From NCBI GenBank assembly GCA_036785375.1, contig JAWMAR010000148.1:744001-808000 (forward strand): a DNA stretch of 64,000 nucleotides, written 5' to 3'. Origin of the DNA: Leucoraja ocellata (Eukaryota). Positions within the stretch are counted from its first letter, which is position 1. Each line of letters begins with the position of its first letter. Position numbers and translations under genes: made by a program. Under the pieces are notes generated by a model. It searched no databases. It saw nothing but the letters and a program-made list of their open reading frames with translations, and was not told where the DNA came from. Below, one piece after another: positions 1 through 11,412 of the stretch.

Positions 1-3000
1 CAAATACACTGGGGTTTTTTCCCATAATGAGGCATGTTAGCAAATGTACATGGCAGTTTTTTGTTGTAAACATCAGACTGGGCAGCGGTTTTCTTTACTG
101 ATTTTCATTAAGTTCCACTTACTTCAATGTTTTCCCCCCAGTTATTCCCTCATTTTCAACACTTCGGTTCAGTTTTCCCTAGATTGATTTATTTTTACCG
201 TTTAAATAATTCACATTACATGCAATGCATTTTTTCCTTCCTATTTTAAGATTTCAAAAACCTAGAAGTTCTTGTACCAAAATTTTACCCTATTCCTAGT
301 CCGGGATTTAAATAAAAAAATAAATGAAAATATAAACAATGCCTCAAATCTGTTACTGTAAATACAGAATCTTTAACATTATGGCACAATTTGCTACTCT
401 CCCACTTGCCCCAATCTGCACAAGATACATATTGTAAAGAATTAACTGCTTTTGTCCATTCAGTCACATGATGACAGAAGTACGAAGTGAAGAAAATTAA
501 TCTACATTCCACAGAAAGCTCTCTTAAAATCAAATAGTTGGAATACCAATAAAAGTATTTTTGTGCTGCCAAAGTTCACTTGATCCCACTAAGTATATAA
601 ACACACATTATGATAGTATGCGACATACAAGTTTGGTCATGAACATAGAAAATGGAACAATGTCATGAAATCGGCATCTACCAAAACGCAGACACTCCCA
701 GATGCAGGATTTGTAACAGTACAGGTACCCAAAGCAATGGGGGAAAAGTAGCTGTGATTTAGGAGACATCAAAAGGTAGAGAGCAAATTCAAAATCTACA
801 TCTTTTTCCATTGTGTATATTTTTAATTCACCAGTATTTTGGTAAATGTCTCAAAATAAACAAACAACAAAGCAAAAGTGCAACAAAAGTTATTGAAAGT
901 AACAGATTCTGGTCAATACTTCTCTTGTCTGTTGTTAATCATGGTGAATATACATGTACAATGGCTTGAAGTATATTGTGCATCCTGTTGTAATAAACAA
1001 ATGATAAAACCCAATCCCACTGGTGTATGAGATTAAATCTCCAACACAAAAGTTGACATTATTAAAATGTCTAGCAAATATTCCATTGTGAATGATCAAA
1101 TGGTAACATATAGCTTTCTTTGAACAAATAAATATTCAATGTCATGCTCTCAAATGCACCAAATTTCTGTGAAGCATTCAGAAAATCTGCAAAATTCAAG
1201 TTGCAGAGTAGCACAAATACACCCATCCTTGTAATAGACAAATGTGCAAAACAAAGTGATATTTAAAGCATAATCATTTCAGAAGACTTAGCATTTATTT
1301 TCAACAATCCTTACGTGAAACATTTAGCATATTAACAAGGTCGGGGAACCATACTCGACTGTTTATCAGTCAAGGTACCACAAACAAGCCTGCACTTGTG
1401 AGTCAGGACTACGCACAACCCCCAACAGAAAGGCCAATGCAGCCCTGCACTGATAACTTTCAAAGCAACTACCTGTCCTAAAATGGGTCAAGGGCTTTTA
1501 ATGGTGAACAGCTGTTCCACAATGCAGCCCCTGGAGCAGTATGGTCAAAATCCACAAGTAATTACTTGGACAGGATTGCAAATAATTAGATCCATACATA
1601 TTTGAAATCCTGGTACTTTTAATATCAACATATTTTGGTGAGGAAAATACAACTTTACATAAGCATTTGTATGACATTTATAATATGATCTACTAGATTT
1701 ATCATGCACTATAAATGTGAACTAATTCACAATACGTCTGGGCAGTTCAATGAAATCTCCCCAAACCAACTTCATTATATCTGTCCCTGGTAAAGAATTT
1801 TTGATAAAGGGAAACCTCTAAGTGCAACATGATTCTTTCAAAATGCAAAAGATAGATATTCTGGGCTGCCCATCTCAAAATAATTTAACAAATTGCTTCA
1901 CAATGAATAAATATTTATGTCTTAGTAAACAGGTTAAATGCTTTATTTTCTTCCTCCCTAGTTACTGACAGGTGTGAATCTTCCTCTAGATACATAACTG
2001 CTTCAAGCACTCTAACTGAGGGTGCCCTATTAGAGTTATTCAAATAAATAAACTGGTCAAATGTATTAAAAATCTACAAAACAGCTACATTATTAGAGTG
2101 ACAATACTAATCTGAAACAGTATAAAATGATCCTTCAGATAATTTTCCTTCAATGTCAAAATTTAGTGTTCCTGCAACAGTGCCCCGTGAACAATGTATT
2201 TGGAACAGCTTACCATCATACCAAAGAAAAATAGTCAGTGTTTAAATTATACCAAAAAAAAACAAGTATAACAATACCAAAGTTATTTGGCTTCTTCCAA
2301 AATGTTTTAAAATCCCCCCCCCCTCCCATTTCTGAATATTGGTCCCCTTAAGAAAAATAACTTTGCTACTGTCTACATCATTGACAATATTTGACCAAAT
2401 AATCTTGAAGGTATTAATGAAGATAAACGATAACAATGATTGGGTACATTATTCAGCATTAAGGAATTCAGAAACAAAATGGTAATCACTAAAGGTGAAT
2501 ACATTGCTGACTTAACTGACTGATTAAAGAGATCACAGATAACTACGCAACTTCTTTATTCTAGCAAGACCTTTATCGTCTCCAAGCCAACTTGAAACAA
2601 TTTTCTCAATTGTCAGGAAGTATATTTGGTCAAAAAAACTAGCTTATTCACTTGCATTTTAAAAAAATTACTGATATTTTACATGTTGAATATCTATTTT
2701 TACACATTTCCCTAGATTGACTTCTGTTGGAACGATTTTAAAACCATGCACAATGTAGCAGATAAAGAAAACTTGAAGCAAGAGAGACCACGACTGACAA
2801 ATATTGACTCTCCTTGCCTTCCCCATTATGGCTCGTACAAAAAAAATGACATCTCCTTTAGAAAAGATTGTCCAGTGCTACATTTGTACACCAGCAGAGT
2901 TTGTGTTAGCATCTTAAAACAATCTCTAATATGAATGACCTTCTGTAAGTGTTTTGCCTTTTTCTCCCTATGAGCTCGATTCTAGGCGCAATCAAGGAAA

Positions 3001-3425
3001 ACTAAAAATATTCTATATTCTCTTATTGTAAGCAGAGAATGAAATCTAAACCAACCACAAAATTGCCAATCATTGTCCTATAGCAAAACAGAGGCAGTAT
3101 TATCCAGAATAGCTTATTAGCTGATTGCATTAATTAATGCAAAATATTAAGAGGCATAGTGATTTTACTGTTACATGTAAAGGTGCTTTTTGCATGTTTT
3201 AAACAATGATTTACGTCAAATTAAATGTAACTGCATCAATCAACACTGTAGAAACTCCCTTGTGAATATAGTGCATTGTGCAACAGACAGAGTTTGGCCG
3301 ACTGTATCAAAGAAGTCATCCTTTCACTTCTCAAAATACAAACAATTAAGGATCAGGCACAGACGGCATATCACTGGATTCTTTTAAGGGTTACGCATTT
3401 AGTTTCTGGTAAAATTCCGTCCCCA
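1..3425 (-). other. MINDY2: Probable long MINDY2 3' UTR (distal end not defined)
   Basis: AT-rich 3.4 kb downstream of the stop with no recognisable transposon, unlike the introns. Minus-strand AATAAA at about 2555, 1942, 1294 and 188. Confidence 0.6.
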
Positions 3426-3548
3426 TCACAAGAGAATACACTTGTCCTTTTCTTTCTCCTTTGCTTCCTTGCGCTGCTTCCGTTCCGTGCCTCCCGGCTG
3501 TTTTCCAGCTGCTGCTGTTGCCGCCACCGCCTGTGATTGCTGCCCTTC
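3426..3548 (-). CDS. MINDY2: MINDY2 exon 9 coding part (123 nt including stop), ends in a CaaX box
   Basis: ttccag|EGQQSQAVAATAAAGKQPGGTERKQRKEAKEKEKDKCILL*. The nine exons sum to 1755 nt, in frame. Confidence 0.93.
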   Translation of the reverse strand, partial: EGQQSQAVAATAAAGKQPGGTERKQRKEAKEKEKDKCILL

Positions 3549-4058
3549 CTGGAATGTTAGGAAAAAACATTCATATGAAGTAAAAGCTGCTAAATAACAC
3601 AAGAGCTCACTGCTGGAATGGAACTGGTCATTTAACACACTGACAAATTTCAATCTACAGTCAGAGTTCAATCTATTCTTGCACCACCCACCACACTTTG
3701 GCTAATCTGGCAAAAATAACTAATTCAACTGGACTTTATGTGGATAATTAGATCACTGAGGACGATGTGGAGCCTCCTAATCAAAATGGCGTTTGAAGAC
3801 ATGTGTGTTTGGCAAATAGTCAGGAGGTTAGTTAATTCACTATGTCACTCAAGTTCTGTGACTGGTCTACTTGGACAATGGTGATCTATCTCCAGGTGCT
3901 GCCATGTTTTCAAGAGCCATTGCAATCAGCTCAGCTCCAGATCTCAGCTCGTTTGCTCGTGTCAGGTCCAATGAGGGACAGTCGAGTGGTCCTGGCAAAA
4001 TCCATGATAAGAAGTATTGCACGTTAGAACCACTTGCTATAGATTGCTCTCACAATCC

Positions 4059-4341
4059 AGTGGTACAGCTGGTAGAGCTGCTGCCGCACAGCGCCAGAGC
4101 ACTTGGATGCTGTCCATGTGGAGTTTGTTCGTGCTCCCTGTGACTGCGTGGGGTTTCTCGGGATGCTCAGGTTTCCTCCCTTATCCAAAAGATATATATG
4201 TTTCAAGGTTACATACCTTGCTTCTAATGTCTCTGGAGTGGATGAGGAAGTGGGATAATATGGAACTAATGTGATTGATTGATGTTCAGTGTTGACGATG
4301 GGCCAAAGGGCCTATTTCCATCCTGTATCTTTAAACTAAAT
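4059..4341 (+). mobile_element. HE1-like tRNA-derived V-SINE, decayed
   Basis: tRNA-like head (tggtacagctggtagagctgctgcc), central gtgggtttctc..ggtttcctccc domain, CR1-like tail gggccaaagggcct...aaactaaa. Confidence 0.7.
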
Positions 4342-4476
4342 CAAAGAATCAATTTTCTTTGCCCACTCAATGATATTTTAGCTTGTGAATAGTACAAAAC
4401 AGGAGCAGAATGTATTTTAATTCAACATACTGGAAATTTAAATCTTTATACAGATGAAAATCAAGATTGCTTTTGA

Positions 4477-4616
4477 GCTAGTGGAATCAAGGGATTATGG
4501 GGAGAAGGCAGGCACGGGTAATTGATTGTGGACGATCAGCCATGATCACAATGAATGCTATGCTGGCTCGAAGGGCCGAATGGCCTCCTCCTGCACTTTT
4601 CTTTTATGTTTCTATG
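4477..4616 (+). mobile_element. CR1 LINE 3' end fragment
   Basis: Near-identical to the 3' end of the CR1 at 6125-6410; gaagggccgaatggcct stem-loop and tttctatg tail. Confidence 0.75.
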
Positions 4617-4889
4617 CTTTCTAATCTACATAGTGTAAATATAATTGTCCAGTACACTCATAATACTTATTATGATGCATCACAATTCACATGAACAAAT
4701 AGAATAAATTCAGCAGATCCTTGAGATTTCTAAATTCCTGCTTTCAATTCGACTGGGTCAGCATATTACAAACTTAAAGATATGGAAGCAAAATGAACAG
4801 TCTCAGATGTTTACAGTTGCCATCTAGTGGCTGGTTCAGTAATAAAGGTAAAAAGCCTGGGATCAAACCTTTCTTGCTTCAAATCTTCA

Positions 4890-6415
4890 CTTAAGTCAAT
4901 TATTAAAAAAGTAATAACGGCGCATTTGGATAGCAGTAAAAGGATTGGTCCAAGTCAGCATGGATTTATGAAGGGGAAATCCTACTTGGCCAATCTTCTA
5001 GAATTTTTTGAGGATGTGACAAGTAAAATGGATGAAGGAGAGCCAGTGGATGTAGTGCATCTGGACTTTCAGAAAGCCTCTGATAAAGTCCCACACAGGA
5101 GATTAGTGGGCAAAATTAGAGCACATGGTATTGGGGGATGGGTATTGACATGGATAGAGAATTGGTTGGCAGGCAGGAAACAAAGAGTAGAAATAAATGG
5201 GTCCCAGTCAGAATGGCAGGCAGTGGCGAGTGCAGTGCCGCAAGGCTCGGTGCTGGGGCCGTAACTATTTACAATATATATTAACGATTTAGATGATGGA
5301 ATTAAAAGTAACACTAGCAAATTTGCAGATGACACAAAGCTGGGTGGCAGTGTGAACTGCAAAGAGGATGCAAGGAGGATGCAAGGAGGTTGCAGGGGGT
5401 CTTGGACAGATTGAGTGGGTGGGTAGATGCATGGCAGATGCAGTATAATGTAGATAAATGTGAGGTTATCCACTTTGGCGGCAAAAACAAGGAGGCGGAT
5501 TATTATCTCAATGGTGTCAGATAAGGAAAAAGGAAAGTGCAACAAGATCTGGGTGTCCTTGTACACTCGTCACTCTAAGTAAACATGCAGGTAGAGCAGG
5601 CAGTGAAGAAAGCTGATGGCATGTTTTCCTTCATAACAAGAGGATTTGAGTATAGGATTAAAGAGGTCCTTCTGCAGTTGTACAGGGCCCTAGTAAGACC
5701 ACATCTGGAGTATTGTGTGCAGTTTTGGTCTCCTAATTTGAGGAAGGACATCCTTGCTATTGAGGCAGTGCAGCGTAGGTTCACGAGGTTAATCCCCAGG
5801 ATGGCGGGACTGTCATAGGAGGAAAGATTGGAAAGACTGGGCTTGTATTCACTAGAATTCAAAGGATGAGAGGGAATCTTATAGAATCATATAAAATTAT
5901 AAAAGGACTGGACAAACTAGTTGCAGGAAAAATGTTCCCAATGTTGGGGGAGTCCAGAACCAGGGGCCACAGTCTAAGAATAAAGGTGAGGCCATTTAAA
6001 ACTGAGATGAGAAAAAAACGTTTTCACCCAGAGAGTTGTGAATTTGTGGAATTCTCTACCACGGAAGGCAGTGGAGGTCAATTCATTGGATGAATTTAAA
6101 TGAGAGTTAGATAGAGCTCTAGGGGCTAGCGGAATCAAGGGATATGGGGAGAAGGCAGGCACGGGTTACTGATTGTGGATGAGAATAATAATAATAAATT
6201 TTATTTATGGGCGCCTTTCAAGAGTCTCAAGGACACCTTACAAAAATTTAGCAGGTAGAGGAAAAACATGTAAGGGGAATGAAATAAATAGTAGAAACAT
6301 GACTAGTACACAAAGTAAATACAGAATTCACTACAAAACACAGTATGAGGCAATGAGCCATGATCACAATGAATAGCGGTGCTGGCTCGAAGGTCCAAAT
6401 GTGTCCTCCTGCACC
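4890..6415 (+). mobile_element. 5'-truncated CR1-clade LINE (RT pseudogene) with a nested insertion
   Basis: SQHGFMKGKS, LDFQKASDKVPH, VPQGSVLGP, KFADDTK and LYRALVRPHLEYCVQFWSP motifs, broken by stops and frameshifts. Confidence 0.93.
6184..6352 (-). mobile_element. Short retroelement 3' end inserted antisense into the CR1 3' UTR
   Basis: Begins with an (AAT)n tail. Splits gattgtggatga/agccatgatcac, which is contiguous in the copy at 4523-4548. ATGAG flanks both sides. Confidence 0.6.
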
Positions 6416-6419
6416 CCAT

Positions 6420-6865
6420 TACAGTAAGGACGTGGAGGCTTCAGAAAGGGTGCAGGGGAGATTTACCAGAATGTTGGCTGGATTACAGGGTATTAGCTAC
6501 AGGCTCTGGAATGCCAGAGGTTGTGGGGAAACCTGATATCGAGCTATATAAAATTATGAGAGGCAGAGATAGGGTAGACAGTCAGAACCTTTTTTCCAGG
6601 AAGAAAAAATCAAATACTGGAGGGCGTAGCTTTAAGGTGAGAGGGGCAACTTTTTTTTAAACGTTGGTTAGTGCCTGGAACATGCTGCGAGGGTTGGTGG
6701 TGGAGCAGAGAGTGGTATTCAGATACTTTTGGATAGGCATATGGATACGCAGGGATTTATATTACACACAGGTAGATTAGAGATGATCTTGGCATTATGT
6801 TTGGCTCAGACATTGTGGGCCGATGGCCTGTTCTTGTGCTGTACTGTTCCTTGTTCTATGTTCTT
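6420..6865 (+). mobile_element. CR1 LINE 3' fragment of a different subfamily
   Basis: IELYKIMRGRDRVDSQNLF..GRSFKVRG; tail gggccgatggcctg...ttctatgttct. Confidence 0.8.
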
Positions 6866-7602
6866 AGAAACAGAATGAAGAAGCTGGTCTGGTGTACATG
6901 GCAACAGTCACATTGACTGGTAACTAACGATTACATTTCAACAGATAAAGGAAGTCGGGGCAGAGTCAGGCAAATCCTCAACTTCCTTGTCCACAAATGC
7001 ATCCAACTAGCCCGTACTATGTTCCGGAAACCTCTAAAATATGGCACCTCGGATGATATTTTCTACCCATGCACACTTCTTATTCATTTATCATTTTGAT
7101 CCATTTTTTAATCCTTCACCATTTGCTGTGATCAACTGACTAATTCTCTTGATATATTTTTGGTTTAAAGTCCCTTTGTCTTCTGATGTTAGAACCTGAA
7201 ATCAAACATTCCCCAGATCTCCAGAGCAGCAGCAAAATGTTGTCAATGTATTTGTCACAGAACATTTTAAATTGAGTTTATTATTGTCAATGTCATGTGT
7301 ACCAAGGTGAAGAGTAAAGCTTTTATTGCGTGCCAATCAGTCAGCGGAAAGACTATACATGTTTACAATCAAGACATTTTTTTCTATATAGTAAACGTCA
7401 CATGAAATTAAAAATATAAAATGGTGTAAATACCCAGCAGGTCAGTGATCTTTCATCACTTCCAATGGTAAGTTGTCAACCTGGTTCTCCCACCACAGAT
7501 GCTGACTCTTCTGTTGAGTATTTTCAGCACTTTTCATTTTTAATTCCAATTTCCTGCATCTTCAGTGTTTTTGCTTCTTGGTTACCTGCAAAATGTCATT
7601 AC

Positions 7603-7779
7603 CTGGCTCTGAGCTGCAGCCGCCTGCTCTTGTTCGTGGTAGTACTGGGATGCTCGCCTGTCTTCTTCTTCCTGCAGTTTCTTTGCCAACTCCAGATCAC
7701 TAATCCCTTCAGGTATCTGCTCCCAGGTCAAATCCTGGCTTTGCTGCTCCTGCTGTAAGGACAATGCCATCAGATAGTC
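7603..7779 (-). CDS. MINDY2: MINDY2 exon 8 (177 nt), tandem MIU ubiquitin-binding motifs
   Basis: tctcag|DYLMALSLQQEQQSQDLTWEQIPEGISDLELAKKLQEEEDRRASQYYHEQEQAAAAQSQ|gtaatg. Confidence 0.95.
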
Positions 7780-8747
7780 CTGAGAGAAGAAATAATGTCC
7801 AATCAGGAAATCCCTGGATAAGGGATCAATAACTACCCTCCAATTACAAATGTAAATTTGCAAATATTAAGTAGTGATAATCAAATTATAAACTAAAGTA
7901 TGTGGGGGGGGGGGGGGGGGGTTAAATAAAAGGTGCTTTTTCTGATTTTGTGGTCATGCATTTTAATCTTACAACACACCAACATTTAAATTTCAGTATT
8001 TGGGAAAGGAGCAGAATCTGAAAAAGCATAAGGTAACGATAGATAATGGGGGTTTTTCCAGGAAAAGCACAATGAGCAGATTTGATTTTGGAAATGTCAA
8101 CAATAACTTGTTCTGAGGAAATGTTTTTTTTCCTAAAACCTGATAATAAAAAAAAGCTCCACACATTTTTGAGCAAGAAACAAAAACACATGTGATGCGA
8201 TGCCAGATGTGCGTCTCAAAATATGTTTGAATTTAATTGAGTAAATTCTCACTTTAAATGCATCTGCTTGCAGCAATATGATCCATGTGAAGAACAGGTG
8301 TTGATCAAATGCATTGAAGACAGAATAAGAAGCTACAACTACATGGTTTACCATGAGAATAAATGCTAGTGGCCCAACTCATTGTAACCCAATATTCCAA
8401 ATTTACATCTGAAAGGTAGATTAAAAAAAGTTGCTGGCAGTTCCAATACAGAATTACAACTCTTTCCTCAGTTTATATCAGATTCAGATATGCAAGCTCA
8501 TGCGAGGTAAAATGAATTGACAATAAATGCTAACCATAGATTCCAAACTTTAAAAAATATGAACAAAAATTGCAATAAGAAGTTGTTGACCAACTCATTT
8601 ACAGAATGTTGAAAAGTCACTAACCTAAAGGTTTACTGATTCTCATCATTACTGCTGACGTGCTGAGTATTTCTAGTATTTTCTGTTTTTAACTCGGACA
8701 TACGGTTCTTTGCTTTGCAATATCTAAATCTGCACTTCATGGCATAC

Positions 8748-8921
8748 CTGATCAATTTGATCCTGCTGTCCTTTGTACACAGTTTCTGGGTCAGATGGAG
8801 GTCTCAGATGAAAATCAGAATCACAGAAATTTCCATCCCCGTCCACGTTGTGCAAACTTTCCCAGACAACCTTCTCTTCTGTAAGAAAGCCCTGGTCCGT
8901 CACCAGGAGGTAGAGTTGACC
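8748..8921 (-). CDS. MINDY2: MINDY2 exon 7 (174 nt)
   Basis: tattag|GQLYLLVTDQGFLTEEKVVWESLHNVDGDGNFCDSDFHLRPPSDPETVYKGQQDQIDQ|gtatgc. Confidence 0.97.
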
Positions 8922-10494
8922 CTAATAAATTAACAAGCAAATATGTTTAAAACCTTGAATACAACTTCAAATATGAACAAAATCATAACCCAGAAAACTG
9001 TTTCTCTTTCCACAGATGCTGCCTGACTCGCTGTAGTTTTTCCACCATTTTCTATTTTTATTTTGTTCAACTTGAATTTCATTTTGTGTGCTCTTCTGAG
9101 AAGAGAATAGCAAAACAAACTGTAGAGGATTTAGCAGTCTCAGCTAATTAACTGCAATCGTTACACTCATAACAATCCCCGCTGCTGCACTGACAAAGAT
9201 AGCCAAATGGTAAAGATGTATTTGTTAAAATATTCTGGCAGTACTGAGCCATTTGTTCCTTCATTATGGAAAGCAAAGGAATTTTGACCCATATGTCATT
9301 TATAATGTAAATATCATCTCAAACACACATTAGCTGAGACTTGGCCATTAGCACGTTTATATCGCAATGCTCTTCCCAAAAGCTTTTATGCAGCACTGCA
9401 CTCCACAGTCCATCAATGCAGTCCTTTCATCCCCAAATATAAATCCAGCTGCTGCAGCCCAGGCTTCCTCCTCTTCCTCCCCACCTCCTTGCAACCAAGT
9501 GAAATCATTTTGAATTGTAATCACCAAGATCTCAATATTGGGTCGACAGAATTCAAGAATTTAAAGCCCATGAAAGCTGTCTAATACAGAAAATTAAACA
9601 CTCATGCTGGCACTTCAGGCAACCTCGAATGAAAGGTGCTGAATGTCCTAATCCACACTTAACCCAAAAGGTCACACTGGCCTACAAATAGATATTGATT
9701 CCCTTATGATGAAACTAAATCAAATCTATAAATGTACTGTCACTCTGTATTTGGTTTACAATTGAGATTAGCTAGCACTTTAGTTTTTACACAACCCCTT
9801 TTGGGTAAAATGAAGTCCAGACATAAAAAAACATATTCATTTCTAAAACCTATTTTACATTTTCAAATCTTTTAAAATCTATTTTCTCAACGTCCTCTTT
9901 CTTTTCTCCATCAAATAATGGAAAATCTGCAGCAGTTAATTTAACGTATTTGTGCAAAGTGGTTAATGTCAAAGGGATGTTAATAAAATAAATTTCAAAT
10001 TGAAAACACAAACATGCACATTAACTCCCTAACCATTTTTCTGCTGCAGTATTTTTACAATCTTCTTAAGAAAGCATATGTGAAGGAAAACAACAGCTGT
10101 ATTTCTTGATAAAAGAACAAATATCCAATTAACTGCTCTGGGAAATGACAAATTGCATTTAGTTATGGACGAGGGAAAAAACAAGTTCAGTGCACAGAAG
10201 TGGATTTAGAATTATTATGAAGCATAAACTGAGTGGGTGGGTAACAAACTTAACTGGAAACAGGAAATCGTACACACTCTTGCATGGTTCTATTAAATTA
10301 GCTTTTTACACAAAAAGATACAATTATAGATCCAGAACCAATTTCAAACCAAGCATTGTATAGATATTTCTCTTTCCAATTTATTCAAGAGATTTCATTT
10401 CCCTCTTCACCCAGAGAAAGGATAACTAAAAAAACAGGAAATGTGGCATCCACTCACAAGGTCATATAGCATGTGGAAAAAAAAACGTTAACAT

Positions 10495-10850
10495 TTCATG
10501 GAACAGTAGAGCACAGGAACAGGCCCTTTGGCCCACGATGTCTGTGCCACACATTATGTCAGGTTAAACTAATTTCCTTTGCTTGCACGTGATCCATAAA
10601 TATCCATTCTGTGCATATCCATCTGACTATCTAAAAGCCTCTTGAATACCACTATTGCATCTGCCTCCAACACACTGTGCAAATAAAAATCCCCGCAAAT
10701 CTCCTTCAAATTGTACCCCTCTCTCCTTAAAGCTGTGCCCGCTAGTCTTTGACATTTCCATCCTGTGAAAACCGTTCCAAATGCCTCTCATAATTTTACA
10801 TACTTCTCCTCAGTCTCCAATGCTCCAGAAAAACATTCTCCAAGTTTCAA
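10495..10850 (-). mobile_element. CR1 LINE 3' fragment
   Basis: Reverse complement of the CR1 tail (acaggccctttggcccac) and 3' ORF2 remnants. Confidence 0.7.
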
Positions 10851-11159
10851 TTTCAAATTTCTTCATCAGATCTGGGGAAGGTCTTCGATACCCGTTGCCT
10901 GTTTCTCCTTCCACAGTTGCTACCTGACCTGCTGAGTGTCTACATAACTTTGTTTTCATTTCAAATGTTCAGTTCTGCAGTTATTTAAATCTTTGCTGCA
11001 AGGATTGGCTTGGTTCAAAATATAATAAACTATAATAGACAAAACACAACCTTCATGATGCGGTTGTTTTAGAGTCTCTCAAAGTTCCTTGCAGCTCTAA
11101 ACCACTGGCCCAGCAGCCATTGCATGAGCTGAGGCCCTGCCCTGACAGCTTCAGCAACT

Positions 11160-11412
11160 TGTTTTGTCACTTTCATTTACATGACATTGCTGTGTCCCAA
11201 ACATTATGGTGCCCTGAAATGGGAGGACTATGTATAAACGCTGCTATAATTTCTACGTGGTGAAACCAAAATGTATAAAAATGGCCTTTATTAAAATCTG
11301 ACAATGTGCAATTTAATCATGTGATTTTTTCTATTACAAATCTCAAATTGTGGAGTACAGAGGCAAATAAATAAATGCTGGGTCTTTGTCCAAGACATTA
11401 TGGAGGGCACTG
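11160..11412. mobile_element. Tc1-family transposon end (IR/DR-type long terminal repeat)
   Basis: Terminates ...cattatggagggcactg (reverse complement CAGTGCCCTCCATAAT, a Tc1 terminus). An inner direct repeat, tgtcccaaacattatgg, lies about 200 bp inside. Confidence 0.75.

Noticed and set aside
1-330. Possible 3' end of a convergent plus-strand gene (AATAAA near 311)
   Set aside because: No coding exon in the window supports it; equally explained as AT-rich MINDY2 UTR
4827-6093. CR1 and Rex1 (28565-29603) RT ORFs as functional genes
   Set aside because: 5'-truncated with stops and frameshifts
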